From contig CP042461.1 in assembly GCA_004563595.2 (NCBI GenBank), forward strand, positions 90,001 to 122,000: a DNA stretch of 32,000 nt. Direction: 5' to 3'. How positions within the stretch are numbered: position 1 is the stretch's first letter; each line of letters starts with the position of its first letter. This stretch comes from Candidatus Saccharimonadota bacterium (GTDB taxonomy: Bacteria; Patescibacteriota; Gracilibacteria; BD1-5; UBA6164). The notes under the pieces were generated by a model. The model was given only the letters and a program-made list of their open reading frames with translations. It did not search any database and was not told the DNA's origin. The position numbers and the translations under genes were made by a program. Positions 1 through 14,033 of the stretch are shown here, in pieces.

Positions 1-138
1 TATGTAAAATGAATTGGTATTGGAAGAGAACAGGCAATTAGAGGTATTATATCTGGAGGTGTTGAATTAAAATCAATCTTTGATATTACTCCAATTCCAC
101 ATAACGGATGTAGAAAAAAGAAAGTAAGAAAACTTTAA
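1..138 (+). CDS. rpsK: 30S ribosomal protein S11, C-terminal fragment (5' end lies outside the window)
   Basis: Frame 1 with TGA=Gly reads [45 protein letters not shown], the conserved S11 C-terminus. TAA at 136-138. Confidence 0.9.
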
Positions 139-210
139 TATTATATATAAATTGCAATTGATGTTTCATTTGTAATTATAAGCTATTAATTATTAACTAT
201 TAAGTAAGAC

Positions 211-834
211 ATGAGGTATACTTGACCAAAGAAAAAACTTTGTAGAAGAGAGGGTGTCAACCTATTTGGTACGGAAAAATATGACCTAACTAAATGAAAG
301 AGAGGGCCACTAAGAAGTAGAAAAACGAGTGAATACGGTTCTCAATTGAGAAAAAAACAATTAGCGAAAAGAATGTTTGGTTTATCTGAAAAACAATTTG
401 CTTCTTATTTTACAAAAGCTCAAAAATCTAAAGCAGAGGGAACAACATGAGAAAAAATGTTGAGACTATTAGAATTAAGATTAGATAATGTTGTTTATAG
501 GGCAAATTTTGCTAGAACAAGAATCCAATCAAGACAATTTGTTTCACATGCACATTTTACTGTTAATGGAGTTAAGGTTGATGTTCCTTCAATTTCTGTG
601 AAAATATGAGATGTTATTGCTCTGAGAGATAAATTAAAAGAAAGTCCTTTATATAAAACTCTATTAGAAGAGTTAGAAGAATTTTCAAAACAAAATAAAG
701 GAAAGGTTTCTTCTTGTAAGTGGATCGATGTTGATTCAAAAAAACTTACAATTACGATCAAGTCTCTCCCTACATTGGAAGATTTTGAACAAATAATTGA
801 TATTCAAAAAATAGTAGAATTCTACTCTAAATAA
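211..834 (+). CDS. rpsD: 30S ribosomal protein S4
   Basis: ATG at 211. Translation starts [24 protein letters not shown] and includes [44 protein letters not shown] (S4 domain). Four in-frame TGA codons read as Gly. TAA at 832-834. Confidence 0.93.
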
Positions 835-864
835 TTTTAATTATTTTCATAATCAAAAACAAAT

Positions 865-1845
865 ATGCATATTATTCATAATACAATAGGGGTTCCTAAA
901 ATAACTCAAAAAGACGGAGATAATAATTCATCTTTATTTGCAGTTGGCCCATTACCAAAATGATACGGTGTTACATTAGGAAATTCACTCAGAAGAATAC
1001 TTCTTTCTTCTATACCGGGAACAAAAGTTACAGGAATAAAAGTTTCATGAGTAAATCATGAATATTCTACACTTCCTTGAATAAAAGATAGCATCATTGA
1101 TATCATACTAAACTTAAAAGATTTAGTATTAGAAAAAGAAGAAATTTGAGTTGTTTGGTTAAAACTTTCAAAATCAAAATCTGGAAAAGTAACGGCTGCT
1201 GATATAAAAGCACCTGCTTGAGTAGAAATCTTAAATAAAGATCTCTACATAACAGAAATTGATAAAGATGGGTTGGAATTAAATATTGATATAAGAGTTG
1301 AAAAAGGAGTTGGATATCTAACGGTTGAAGAACTTAAAGAAAAAGAAGAAGATGTTGAAGTGTTACTTGTTGATACAAACTTTTCTCCAGTATTAAATGT
1401 AAAATATAGTATTGAGCATGCAAGATTCTGAGACATAACGAACCTTGATTCTCTTGAGATGGAAGTAATTACAAATGGAGCAATATCTTCAGTTGAAGCA
1501 TTACAGTTCTCAGGAAATATGCTTACTTCATATTTTTCAATCTTTAATGAAGAATCACTTCAAGTTGAAGGGCAATTCATTAGTGATGTAAAAGACCTTA
1601 TAAATAAAGAAAAAGAAGAAGTACAAGAAGAATTAGAAAAAGAAACATATACTCCGATTGAAATAATGTGATTATCTCCACGTACATTAAATGCATTAAT
1701 AAATGGGAATATACTTTCTATAGAACAATTAACAAAATGTACTGAGACAAAGCTTTCTTCTATCAAATGATTTGGTAAAAAAGCTATGACTGAAATTAGA
1801 AATTCTCTTGCAGAAAGAGATTTAAAACTTTTAGGAGACGACTAA
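865..1845 (+). CDS. rpoA: DNA-directed RNA polymerase alpha subunit
   Basis: ATG at 865. GPLPK(TGA)YGVTLGNSLRRILLSSIPG and VS(TGA)VNHEYSTLP(TGA)IKDSIIDIILNLK match the RpoA N-terminal domain, with each TGA at an invariant Gly. A C-terminal domain-like tail is present. I hand-checked that the frame has no TAA/TAG until the TAA at 1843-1845. Confidence 0.93.
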
Positions 1846-1875
1846 TATTAAATATTTATTTTTTAATAAAGTAAA

Positions 1876-2238
1876 ATGAGACATAGAGTCAGAAAACATC
1901 TAAAATTTAGCAACAAAAGTTTTGCTCATAGAAAATCTATGGAAAGAAATTTGTTAACTTCATTTTTCATGCATAAGTCTATAAAAACTACTGAAAAAAA
2001 GGCTAAATTCATTGTTCCAATGATTGATAAGCTTATTAACACAGTAAACACTAAAGATGAAATGAATGCAATAAGATATGTTATGACATACTTATTCACA
2101 AAAGAATCTTCTTTAGAATTATTTACAAATATAGCACCAAAATATAAAGGAAATAGAACATCTGGTTTTACTAGAATCAGAGCTATCAAACATAGAGATG
2201 GAGATAGTGCAAAGATAGTTTTACTAGAATTAGTTTAA
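1876..2238 (+). CDS. rplQ: 50S ribosomal protein L17
   Basis: Intact ORF in the supplied track. MRHRVRKHLKFSNKSFAHRKSMERNLLTSFFMHKSIKTTEKKAK is a typical L17 N-terminus, and the gene sits in the canonical position after rpoA. Confidence 0.92.
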   Translation: MRHRVRKHLKFSNKSFAHRKSMERNLLTSFFMHKSIKTTEKKAKFIVPMIDKLINTVNTKDEMNAIRYVMTYLFTKESSLELFTNIAPKYKGNRTSGFTRIRAIKHRDGDSAKIVLLELV

Positions 2239-2259
2239 TTTTTAAAGTTGAAGAGAGAG

Positions 2260-2688
2260 ATGAAAACTTTTACACCCGCACAAATAGAAGGTGGTGATAG
2301 AAAATGGTATGTAATTGATGCAACTGGACTCACTTTAGGAAGACTTGCTACACAGTTAGCTGTTATCCTTAAAGGGAAAAACAAAGCATCATATGCACCT
2401 CACTTAGATAATGGTGACTATGTAGTTGTTACAAATTGTGATAAATTTAAAGTTACATGAAAAAAAATGACTGATAAAATGTATCATAGTCATACTGGTT
2501 ATCTTGGTGGACTAAAAGAAATTTCTTTAGAAGATCTTTTAGTTAAAAAACCACAAAAAGCATTAGAATTTGCAGTAAGTGGCATGTTACCAAAAAACAA
2601 ATTAAGAAGACATATGATTTCAAGATTGAAATTATTTACTTGAGACGAGCATACATTTGGAGCTCAAAAACCTGAACTTATAAAATAA
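2260..2688 (+). CDS. rplM: 50S ribosomal protein L13
   Basis: [66 protein letters not shown](TGA=G)KK...[13 protein letters not shown] at 2260, with an alternative in-frame TTG at 2248. TAA at 2686-2688. Confidence 0.9.
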
Positions 2689-2701
2689 TAACTTTTTATT
2701 T

Positions 2702-3094
2702 ATGGCTAATAAATATACCTATACACTTGGGAAAAGAAAAACTGCTTCAGCTCAAATCAAGTTATTTGAATGAAAAGGTGAAGACATGATAAATGGTAAA
2801 AAAATTGCTGACTACGTAAGTAGAGCAGATTTATTTGATACTATTTATACACCATTGAAACTAACGAAATTAAAAGATAAAGTTTATTTTGAAGTTTCTA
2901 TCGCTGGATCTGGAGAATCAGCTCAAGCTGAGGCTATCAGACATGGTCTTTCTAGAGCTATTGCTTCTAAAGATGATTCTATGAAAGCTATTTTAAAAGC
3001 TGCTGGTCTATTGACGAGAGATGCAAGAAAAGTAGAAAGAAAGAAACCGGGAAGACATAAAGCGAGAAAAGGTATGCAATGGTCAAAAAGATAA
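2702..3094 (+). CDS. rpsI: 30S ribosomal protein S9
   Basis: ATG at 2702, in frame with track ORF 2786-3094. MANKYTYTLGKRKTASAQIKLFE(TGA=G)KGEDMINGK ... RKVERKKPGRHKARKGMQWSKR is the conserved S9 C-terminus. Confidence 0.92.
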
Positions 3095-3194
3095 TATCTT
3101 TTTATATCTTCAATTATATACTACGAATTACGTATAGTTGAGGATACTAAACTACTATCAGTAATTCATAATTGTTAATTAATAATTTTAAATT

Positions 3195-3611
3195 ATGCCT
3201 ACTATTAATCAATTAGTAAAGAGATCGAGAAAAACTCCTGCAAAAAAGAGTAAATCTCCTGCTTTACAAGTGATAAAAAACTCAATTAGATGAAAATTCG
3301 TTGAGATGCCTGGAGGATGTCCTCAAAAAAGAGGTGTATGTGTAAAAGTTACTACTATGACACCTAAAAAACCTAACTCTGCCCTAAGAAAAGTTGCAAG
3401 AGTAAGACTTACAAACTGATTTGAAGTAAATGCTTACATCGGTGGTGAAGGTCATAACTTACAGGAGCATTCAGTTGTTGCTATAAGATGAGGAAGAGCA
3501 AAAGATCTTCCATGAGTAAGATATCATGTTGTTAGATGAGTACTTGATTGTGAAGGTGTTCAATGAAGAAATCAATGAAGAAGTCTTTATGGTACAAAAA
3601 AACCTAAGTAG
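3195..3611 (+). CDS. rpsL: 30S ribosomal protein S12
   Basis: [13 protein letters not shown]...[33 protein letters not shown](G)[23 protein letters not shown](G)GRAKDLP(G)VRYHVVR(G)VLD. By hand count 7 of about 17 Gly codons are TGA. TAG at 3609-3611. Confidence 0.95.
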
Positions 3612-3737
3612 TCAACTCTCTACATGAAGATAACAGATAAGTAGAATATTATTTTACTTTTCCTTATATCAAAAATTTTGGAGTAAGTCTAACAATTACT
3701 GAAAAATTTAACCAAAATTTTTGATTCCCATTTATAA

Positions 3738-4178
<441 letters not shown>

Positions 4179-4209
4179 AAAAAACTTTAATTAATTAATT
4201 TATCTAAAA

Positions 4210-4482
4210 ATGGCTCATAAGAAAGCTCAATGATCTACGAGTAATGGTAGAGATAGTAATGCCAAAAGACTTGGTGTAAAATTATTTTGAGGACAAAAAG
4301 CTATCGCAGGAAATATTATCCTAAGACAAAAAGGAAATAAATACTGGGGTGCTGAATGAACTACTACTGGTTCTGATTTTACAATTCATGCAAATACTGA
4401 AGGGACTGTAAAATTTTTCAAAAAGAAAAGAAAAAACTTTGCTGGAAATACTTTCCTAGATACTTATGTTTCTATTATATAA
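4210..4482 (+). CDS. rpmA: 50S ribosomal protein L27
   Basis: MAHKKAQ(G)STSNGRDSNAKRLGVKLF(G)GQKAIAGNIILRQKGNKYW is the canonical L27 N-terminus. TAA at 4480-4482. Confidence 0.92.
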
Positions 4483-4495
4483 TTATAGAAATAAA

Positions 4496-4535
4496 AAAAG
4501 AGAGGCCTTATCGTAAGATAAGCCTCTCTTTTTGA
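4496..4535 (+). terminator. Rho-independent terminator closing the ribosomal-protein block
   Basis: AGAGAGGC(C)TTATC-GTAA-GATAAGCCTCTCT stem with one bulged C, followed by a run of five T. Confidence 0.8.
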
Positions 4536-4560
4536 TTTGTTAATACGAACACTCAATCAT

Positions 4561-4612
4561 TTGACATCAGAAAAGAATTCTTATACTTTAATAACGTTCA
4601 GATAAAAAGGAG
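4561..4612 (+). promoter_or_regulatory. Candidate sigma-70-type promoter and Shine-Dalgarno site for ORF 4619
   Basis: TTGACA at 4561-4566 and TATACT at 4582-4587, with a short 15-nt spacer. AAGGAG at 4607-4612 sits 6 nt before the ATG at 4619. Confidence 0.45.
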
Positions 4613-4618
4613 ATTAAC

Positions 4619-4918
4619 ATGAACAATATAAAAGATCGACATAAGGTTCTTCAAGAACAATTATATCTAGTTGAAATTGGTTTGCGATCAAATAAAACAC
4701 GAATTTTAGAACTTGAAGATCGTATTAAAAGAACTCGAGAATTAAATGATGATGATGAGGGCAGAATAAATGGATATTTATCCCGAATTGAAGAATTAAA
4801 ACTTTCATATAAATCTTATCAGGTTGATTCTTTAATTTATACTTGTAAACTTACATTAATGCATATTTTTATACCCCTCATTTGGAATGAGGCGTGGTTT
4901 AAAAAATGATATATATAG
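4619..4918 (+). CDS. Hypothetical small protein with a coiled-coil N-terminus and hydrophobic C-terminus; codon usage looks foreign
   Basis: ATG at 4619 behind a strong Shine-Dalgarno site. The 96 codons contain no internal TGA, and 6 of 8 Arg codons are CGN, whereas neighbouring genes use AGA almost exclusively. The standard-code stop TGA at 4907 is read through under table 25 to the TAG at 4916-4918. Confidence 0.5.
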
Positions 4919-4921
4919 GAT

Positions 4922-4954
4922 AAAAAAAGAGCATATAAAATTGCTCTTTTTTTT
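4922..4954. terminator. Bidirectional rho-independent terminator
   Basis: AAAGAGCA-(8 nt loop)-TGCTCTTT flanked by an A-run upstream and a T-run downstream. It lies between the convergent ORF 4619-4918 (+) and 4970-6148 (-). Confidence 0.75.
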
Positions 4955-4969
4955 ATGAGAATGAATTTA

Positions 4970-6148
4970 TTATTTCACTATCTCTCCAGGCATAGTATAA
5001 CTCCCATTCTCAATCACTCTTCCAGGCATTGTAGATGTATTAATTCCTGTTTTAACATTATCTCAGATGATAGCTCATAGCTTTCTCATTCAGGTATCTG
5101 TTAACTCTCATTTAACAGGTACTTTTATATTTTTATTATCATGTCTGAGGTTTGCTGATGAAAACCCTCATCAGATATTTACATTATTTCAAATAATAGA
5201 ATCTCATATGTAACTGAGGTGCGCAGCATTTGTATTATCTCAAAAGCTTGAATTTTTTACTTCTACGGCATTTCAAATTTTACAGTTATCTCATATAACT
5301 GTTGATCATCTTAGGTATGTATTCGGACCAATTTGAGCCCCTTTTCCTATATATACATTTCATTCAATATATGTTCCACTTTTTAAAAGAGCTCCTTCTT
5401 CAAGAATTATATTTCATTTGATAGTTACTCATTCTTCAATAGTTCATCAAATTTGAGATTCTGTCAGCTTATCTAAGAAGTGTTTATTTGCTGTTAAGAT
5501 ATCCCATGGATATCATATATCTATAAATGCTCACTTTATTTCAATCGCTTTAAATGGGAATCTTTTTACATATTCATTTACAGCATCTGTAAGTTCGTAT
5601 TCTCATCTTTTTGAAAGAGGAATATTATATATAATATCAAGTATTTTAGAATTCATTTTAAAACCTCATATATTAGCAAGGTTTCCAATATATGAGTCAG
5701 GCTTTTCAACTATTTCAGAAATGTTATTATCTGTATCAATCTTAAAAATTCCATATTTTGAAGGATCTTCTACTTTTTTTGCGAGTACTCAGTACCCATT
5801 TAAATGAATGATTTTTTCTAAATCATTTTTTTCTATAATACTATCTCCATAGATTATGAGTACATCTAAATCTGATTTTATTCCTCTAATCGCTGCTCAT
5901 GTTCATTTTTCATAGCCTTGTTTTTTATATGTAATTTTAGTTCACTTATAGTTATCTCAAAAATACTTTTTTATAAGTTCTGCTTTATATTTTATTACTA
6001 TAATAATCTCATTTACATGGGAATAAATATGTTCTAAATTATGTTCAATGATTGTTTTTCCCATAATTTTAATGAGAGGTTTTGGTATTGTATTTGTGAA
6101 TGGCCTTAAACGTGATCATTCTCAGGCTGCTAATATGATTGCTTTCAT
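4970..6148 (-). CDS. Sugar-1-phosphate nucleotidyltransferase with a C-terminal left-handed beta-helix (hexapeptide) domain, GlmU/archaeal-type bifunctional-like
   Basis: [31 protein letters not shown] is the NTP-transferase G-x-G-x-R-L signature. The C-terminal half carries hexapeptide-like repeats ([44 protein letters not shown]). I checked all 393 codons for in-frame TAA/TAG. Many TGA codons read as Gly. Confidence 0.8.
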
Positions 6149-6301
6149 AAATTTATATTAATAGAGTAACTTTGAGTTTATTTTAAAAGTATTTTTTTTA
6201 TTTGCAACCTGTTCCGACTTTTTCCTCCTTTTTTCTTGATTATGGAGAGAAAATCTGTATATTTATTACATATTTTATTTTGTATTAAATTTTTCTAAAA
6301 T

Positions 6302-8854
<2,553 letters not shown>

Positions 8855-8855
8855 T

Positions 8856-8886
8856 AAAAAAACAGACTTTAGTCTGTTTTTTTATT
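8856..8886. terminator. Bidirectional terminator shared by gyrA and the convergent giant ORF
   Basis: AAAAACAGAC-TTTA-GTCTGTTTTT with an A-run and a T-run on either side. The TAA of the minus-strand ORF (complement of 8869-8871) lies in the loop. Confidence 0.75.
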
Positions 8887-11800
8887 ATTCAATACTTCGT
8901 TATACCCCAATAAATTACTTTTATGCTTTGTATCAAAGCTATTTCTTCAAATATATCATAGTTCATAGAACCTTTGTCATACTACTCAGAATCAAGTAAT
9001 AGTATTTGTTTGATTATTGAGAATTCAGGCTCAGTTAATCGTAATCATCTTTTCAACTGCATGATCATAACTTTTTTCAGAAGATCATTCTCAAATAACT
9101 TCAAGAACAAAGTTTAACAGCTTTGTAACTTCTGTTTTGTTGATTAAGTCATTATCACTCATATCTATTCAGCTTGTTCATTTGAGGTTATTCATGACTC
9201 AAATAATATCTGATCTGAAATTCCATAAGAACGATAAATTTAGTCTTTCTGTTAATTTTTTGAAGTCTACTAGATTTTGGAGAGCTTCAGGATTATTTTT
9301 AATTTGCTTTGCTTCTGTGGATGTTATCTCAATGGTTTCTCCGTTAGAGACAAGAGTTGGTTTGTTTCATGAAGTATTCAGAGAGAACTCTGAAGGATTT
9401 GTTACTGGAACTTCTCTGGTTGGAGTAAGGTCTCAATTATCTTCTTTTCTTATCTCAATTCATGCTTGCTTAGCTAAATCATTTTGAAATTGTTTTTCTA
9501 TTAATTTATCATAATCTTCTATAGTTATTTTTCATTTTAATCTTTGTATAACTATATCAATGTTATTATTTTCAACTTTTAAACGAGAGTTTATTTTTGT
9601 TGCTTCTATTAACTCAACTATAATTTGAGCTTCCTCTGTTCATTTTTTAATATCTAATGCAGATAACATTCTTTGATTATATTCTGCATTACTTTCTTCT
9701 TTTTTTTGCTTGTTGCTTAGTTGCCATGAATTTATTACTTTAATATCTATTCATTGTTTTTCTACTTGTTCTTCTTTATCTTTTAAGTTCTTTTCGCTTT
9801 CTTTTAGTTCAAATTCTTTTACTACTGTTAAGAATTCTTTTATTTTACCTTCATCATTATTAAAGACGTCTTTTAATAAATGGTATATTATACCATTTTG
9901 ATCATTTTCTATTATTAATGAAATTATTTCTTCTAGTTTTTTTTGATGGACTAAATCAAAATCATTACTTGTTAATTCTTGTAAAATATCTCATTTAAGA
10001 GCTTCATTATTATTTTTTATTTCACTTTGTTTTATTAAATTTGATTTTGCTTTGTTTAAATCATGGAAATTATCTACTTCATCTCGTAATAATTTACTTA
10101 TTTCTTTAAAGTCATTTTCATATTCAGGGGAATAATCTCTATCTTCATTACCTGTTTGCTTTATAAATTCTAGAATTTTAATTCTTGTACTTGGTGATTC
10201 CAAAAATTTTGATATTGTCCTTCATTGTATTTTTTTGTATTCATGAAAAATAAATAATAATTGATTAAAGTCTTTTATATTAATTGCATCGAAAAAATTA
10301 TATAGGTCTAATCCGGTCTCATCATCCATATCGATTTGTGGAATAATAGCTTTAATTATATCATTATGCGATCTCATCTCTTCAGGCAAAATATAAATAT
10401 AAAAAGGGTCATTCTCAACTAATAACAAAGCACTTTCTATATCTTGTTCATCTATATGTATATCACCAATATCCGCTCACATTTGAATTAATGTTTTTAT
10501 TTCTTTTTTTGACGATAATACTCAATTTTTTTCGATATATCCTTTTATGATGTTTAAATGAGTATACCAGAGTTCTCATTGAGGGTTCTTTTTAAATTCT
10601 TCATATGCTTGCAGAAAATCTTCTTTTTTGATAGATTTAAAGTTTACTCATAATACTTCTTTTTGAATAGATCTAGGGAGTAATTGCAATTCGGAATCTT
10701 TTACATTGTTATTTATTATTACTTTGAGTACTTCGTTACTTAGTACTCATCTTGCTTTTAGTAGTAATTCTCATGTGAAACCAGTACTTTGAATTAATTT
10801 TTCAAGATATTTAGGATTTTTAAATAGATTTTTATTAATAGTATGAATATCATTAATATCTAGATCAATACTTAATAGTACTTCAATATCTTGTTTTAAT
10901 TCATTATTTATTTGATTTCATTGTAGAAAAATTTCTTTAGCTAATTCTAAGATGATTTTTTTATCTTTTATAAGAGGAATATATTCATCATGATTTTTAA
11001 AAAAATCAATACTTTTACTATTTACATCTATACTGTTTGCAAAAATCATTACTGCTACTTTTAATTCTTCTTTAGAAAAAGTAATCATATTCTGTACTAA
11101 TTTTTCATTTCATGAGTCTTTTAAAATAATTTGTGCTATTGTGTCTTTATTGTATTGCCATAATGTTGTAAGCTCTTTAAATTTTTTAGTTCAAAATTTA
11201 TTTAAGAGATCAGTGTTAGATAATCAATTTTCTTGTGCAAGCATTAAATAGTTTGCCAAAGCTTTTGAATTTATGTCTTTTATTTCATTAGAATTGATGT
11301 GTTTTTCAAATTTTTCCACTTTTACAACATAGTTTCATACCTGATTGTTATATCATGTTATATAGTCATTATTATATCATTTTTCACTTCAAAATATTTT
11401 TCTTAAGTATTTTTCTTGAGCTGTATTATGAGCTCATCATCAGCTAATTTTTCATATTATATTTGTGATTTTTAACATGATAACAGGGCTTTTTCACTTT
11501 GCTTTTTTTAGTGAGTCTACTATCTTTGAGAGATCTTCTGAGACTTCATCAGATACATATTTTTTTATATTTTCTAAGAGTTCTATGATTTCTTCTTTAC
11601 TAAAAGAATCATTAAAGCTATGAATTGCTTCAGATACGTTGCTATATATAAAATCTTTACTTGTTACTCTATCAAGGAATTCTCCATAGGTTTCAAGCTC
11701 TTTGATATCTTCAAATTCTTGTTTTAAATTTATTAATTCACTTTCAATTACTTTATTTTGACTATCTACAGCGATAATAGTAGCTTTTTGTAGCTCTGTA

Positions 11801-11967
11801 TACTCTTTTAAAACCTTTTGATATCTCTCTGAATCTTGTCCATATTCATTTTTAAAATACCTTAAAATCGACTCAGCTGCTTGAAGATCTTCAGCTAAAT
11901 CTTGTTTGATATCCTCTTGAGTTTCTGAGCTCTCAAGTTGTGATTGTACATCGAAATATTCAGACAT
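8869..11967 (-). CDS. Large orphan protein, about 1032 aa, acidic/Lys-rich and predicted helical; no domain recognised
   Basis: Track ORFs 11494-11967, 10222-10428 and 9991-10203 are all in the same frame. I scanned every triplet in that frame from 11967 down to 8869 and found no TAA or TAG, only TGA. In DNA this AT-rich, a 1032-codon stretch free of TAA/TAG is not expected by chance. Confidence 0.75.
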
Positions 11968-12100
11968 GAAAGTGTTTTTATTTATATCTTTAAAATTTTA
12001 TCATATTTCGCATCCATTTGCAAAAAACATGATATGATTTCTTGTAAAAAAATAAATATCAATATAATGGCTATATTAAAATAAAAATTAACGATAAAAT

Positions 12101-14017
12101 ATGAAACTTACTAGTGCAGAAATAAGAGAAAAATATCTAAAATTTTTTGAAGAAAGGGGACATAAAATTGTTCCTTCATCATCTCTTATTCCAGAAAATG
12201 ATCCAACGACGTTATTTACTGGTTCAGGTATGCAACCAATGGTGCCCTATTTACTAGGTGAAAAACATCCCTCAGGAACACGTATAGTTGATAGTCAAAA
12301 ATGTTTTAGAGCATGAGATATAGAAGAAGTAGGAGATAATACTCATACAACTTTTTTTGAGATGTTAGGGAATTGGAGTTTAGGGGATTATTTCAAAGAA
12401 GAACAGATTCCTTGGATGTTTGAATTTCTTGTGAAAAAAATAGGGCTTGATCCAAATAAATTATATTTCTCTGTGTACAAGGGAACAAAAGAAATATGAA
12501 TATGAAGAGATGATACAGCTGAAAAATTATGGAAAGAACAATTTAAAAATGTTTGAGTTGACGCAAAATCAGTTGACGATGTGGAAGAAAATGGAATGCA
12601 ATGAGGGAGAATATTCTTCTATGATGAAAAAGAAAACTGGTGGTCACGTGCTGGAGTACCAAATAAAATGCCAAATTGAGAACCTGGAGGACCTGATTCA
12701 GAAATGTTCTGGGACTTTTGAGCTGATCTAGAACTTCATGAGAAATCCGAATGGAAAGAGACACATTGTAATCCTGCCTGTGATTGTGGGAGGTTCTTAG
12801 AAATAGGGAATAATGTGTTTATGCAGTATAAAAAAACTGCTGAGTGATTTTTAGAACTTGAAAATAAAAATATAGATTTTGGAGGATGACTTGAGAGAAT
12901 TGCGGTTGCTCTATCTGACAATCCTGACGTATATATGTGAGATCTATTTGATGGAATCAGAAATAAAATAGAAGAACTTACATGAAAAAAATATTGAGAA
13001 AATACAAATGAAACACTTGCTTTTAGAGTTGTAATGGATCATGTAAGAGCTGCTACTTTCTTAATATGAGATGGAGCTGTCCCTTCAAATAAAGATCAAT
13101 GATATTTTACTCGTAGACTTATCAGAAGAGCTATTCGTTTTGCTTCACACTTGTGAGTAGAGGGCTGATTTATTGAAAAAGTAGCAAGTGAAGTAGTAGA
13201 CGGATATTCATCTCACTATACAGATCTTGCTGAAAAAAAAGCTTTTATACTGAGCGAAATGGAGTGAGAAGAAAAACAATTTCTTTCAACACTTGATAAA
13301 GGTTTAAAAGAGTTTGATAAACTATTAAAAGGATTTGAAATTGCATTTGAAAGATCATGAAAAAAAATAGATACTATTGCTGGACCCAAAGCTTTTAAAC
13401 TCTATGACACCTATGGTTTTCCTTTGGAAATGACTGTTGAACTAGCGAATGAGAAAGGTTTAAAGGTAGATGAGACAGGTTTTGCAAAAGCATTTGAAGA
13501 ACATCAAGCGAAATCAAGAGCCGGTGCAGAGCAAAAATTTAAATGATGACTTGCTGATGACTCTACTGCAACTACTGAACTTCACTCTGCGACTCATCTT
13601 CTTCTTGCATGATTGAATCATGTGCTCGGATGAGATATTCATCAAAAATGATCAAATATTACTGCAGAAAGGTTGAGGTTTGACTTTAATCATGACGGAA
13701 AAGTAGAAAGAGATATTCTTGATAAAGTAGAAGAATTTGTAAATGAAGCAATTCAATCTGGAACAAAAGTAACGCTTACAGAAATGGACAAACAAAAAGC
13801 AATGGATGAAGGAGTTGAATGATCTTTTTGGGAAAAATACCCAGATACAGTAAAGGTATACTCTATGGTTTGAAATAATGGTAGGACATATTCAAAAGAA
13901 TTATGCTGAGGCCCTCACGTAGAAGCAACATCTGATATGTGAAGGTTTAAAATTAAGAAAGAAGAAGCCAGTAGTAGAGGAATAAGAAGAATTAAAGCTG
14001 TGTTAATTAAAGACTAA
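12101..14017 (+). CDS. alaS: Alanyl-tRNA synthetase (short form, about 638 aa)
   Basis: [44 protein letters not shown], then [37 protein letters not shown]. Editing-domain motifs HSATHLL and CGGPHV are present. TAA at 14015-14017. Many TGA codons read as Gly. Confidence 0.93.
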
Positions 14018-14033
14018 TTTCTTACAAAATTTT

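Noticed and set aside
495-2189. Track ORFs 495-761(-), 1245-1436(-), 1459-1671(+), 1560-1766(-) and 1926-2189(-).
   Set aside because: 1459-1671(+) is an internal in-frame fragment of rpoA. The others are antisense shadow ORFs inside rpsD, rpoA and rplQ, with low-complexity Ser/Phe/Ile-rich products.
9137-9901. Plus-strand ORFs 9137-9487 (116 aa) and 9710-9901 (63 aa).
   Set aside because: They lie antisense to the 3.1-kb minus-strand frame that is free of TAA/TAG. Their products are Ser/Phe/Leu-rich, as expected from the complement of a Glu/Lys-rich gene.
12447-12921. Track ORFs 12447-12731(+), 12543-12764(-) and 12736-12921(-).
   Set aside because: They are out of frame with or antisense to alaS. 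The alaS frame reads conserved AlaRS motifs straight through this region ([26 protein letters not shown]).
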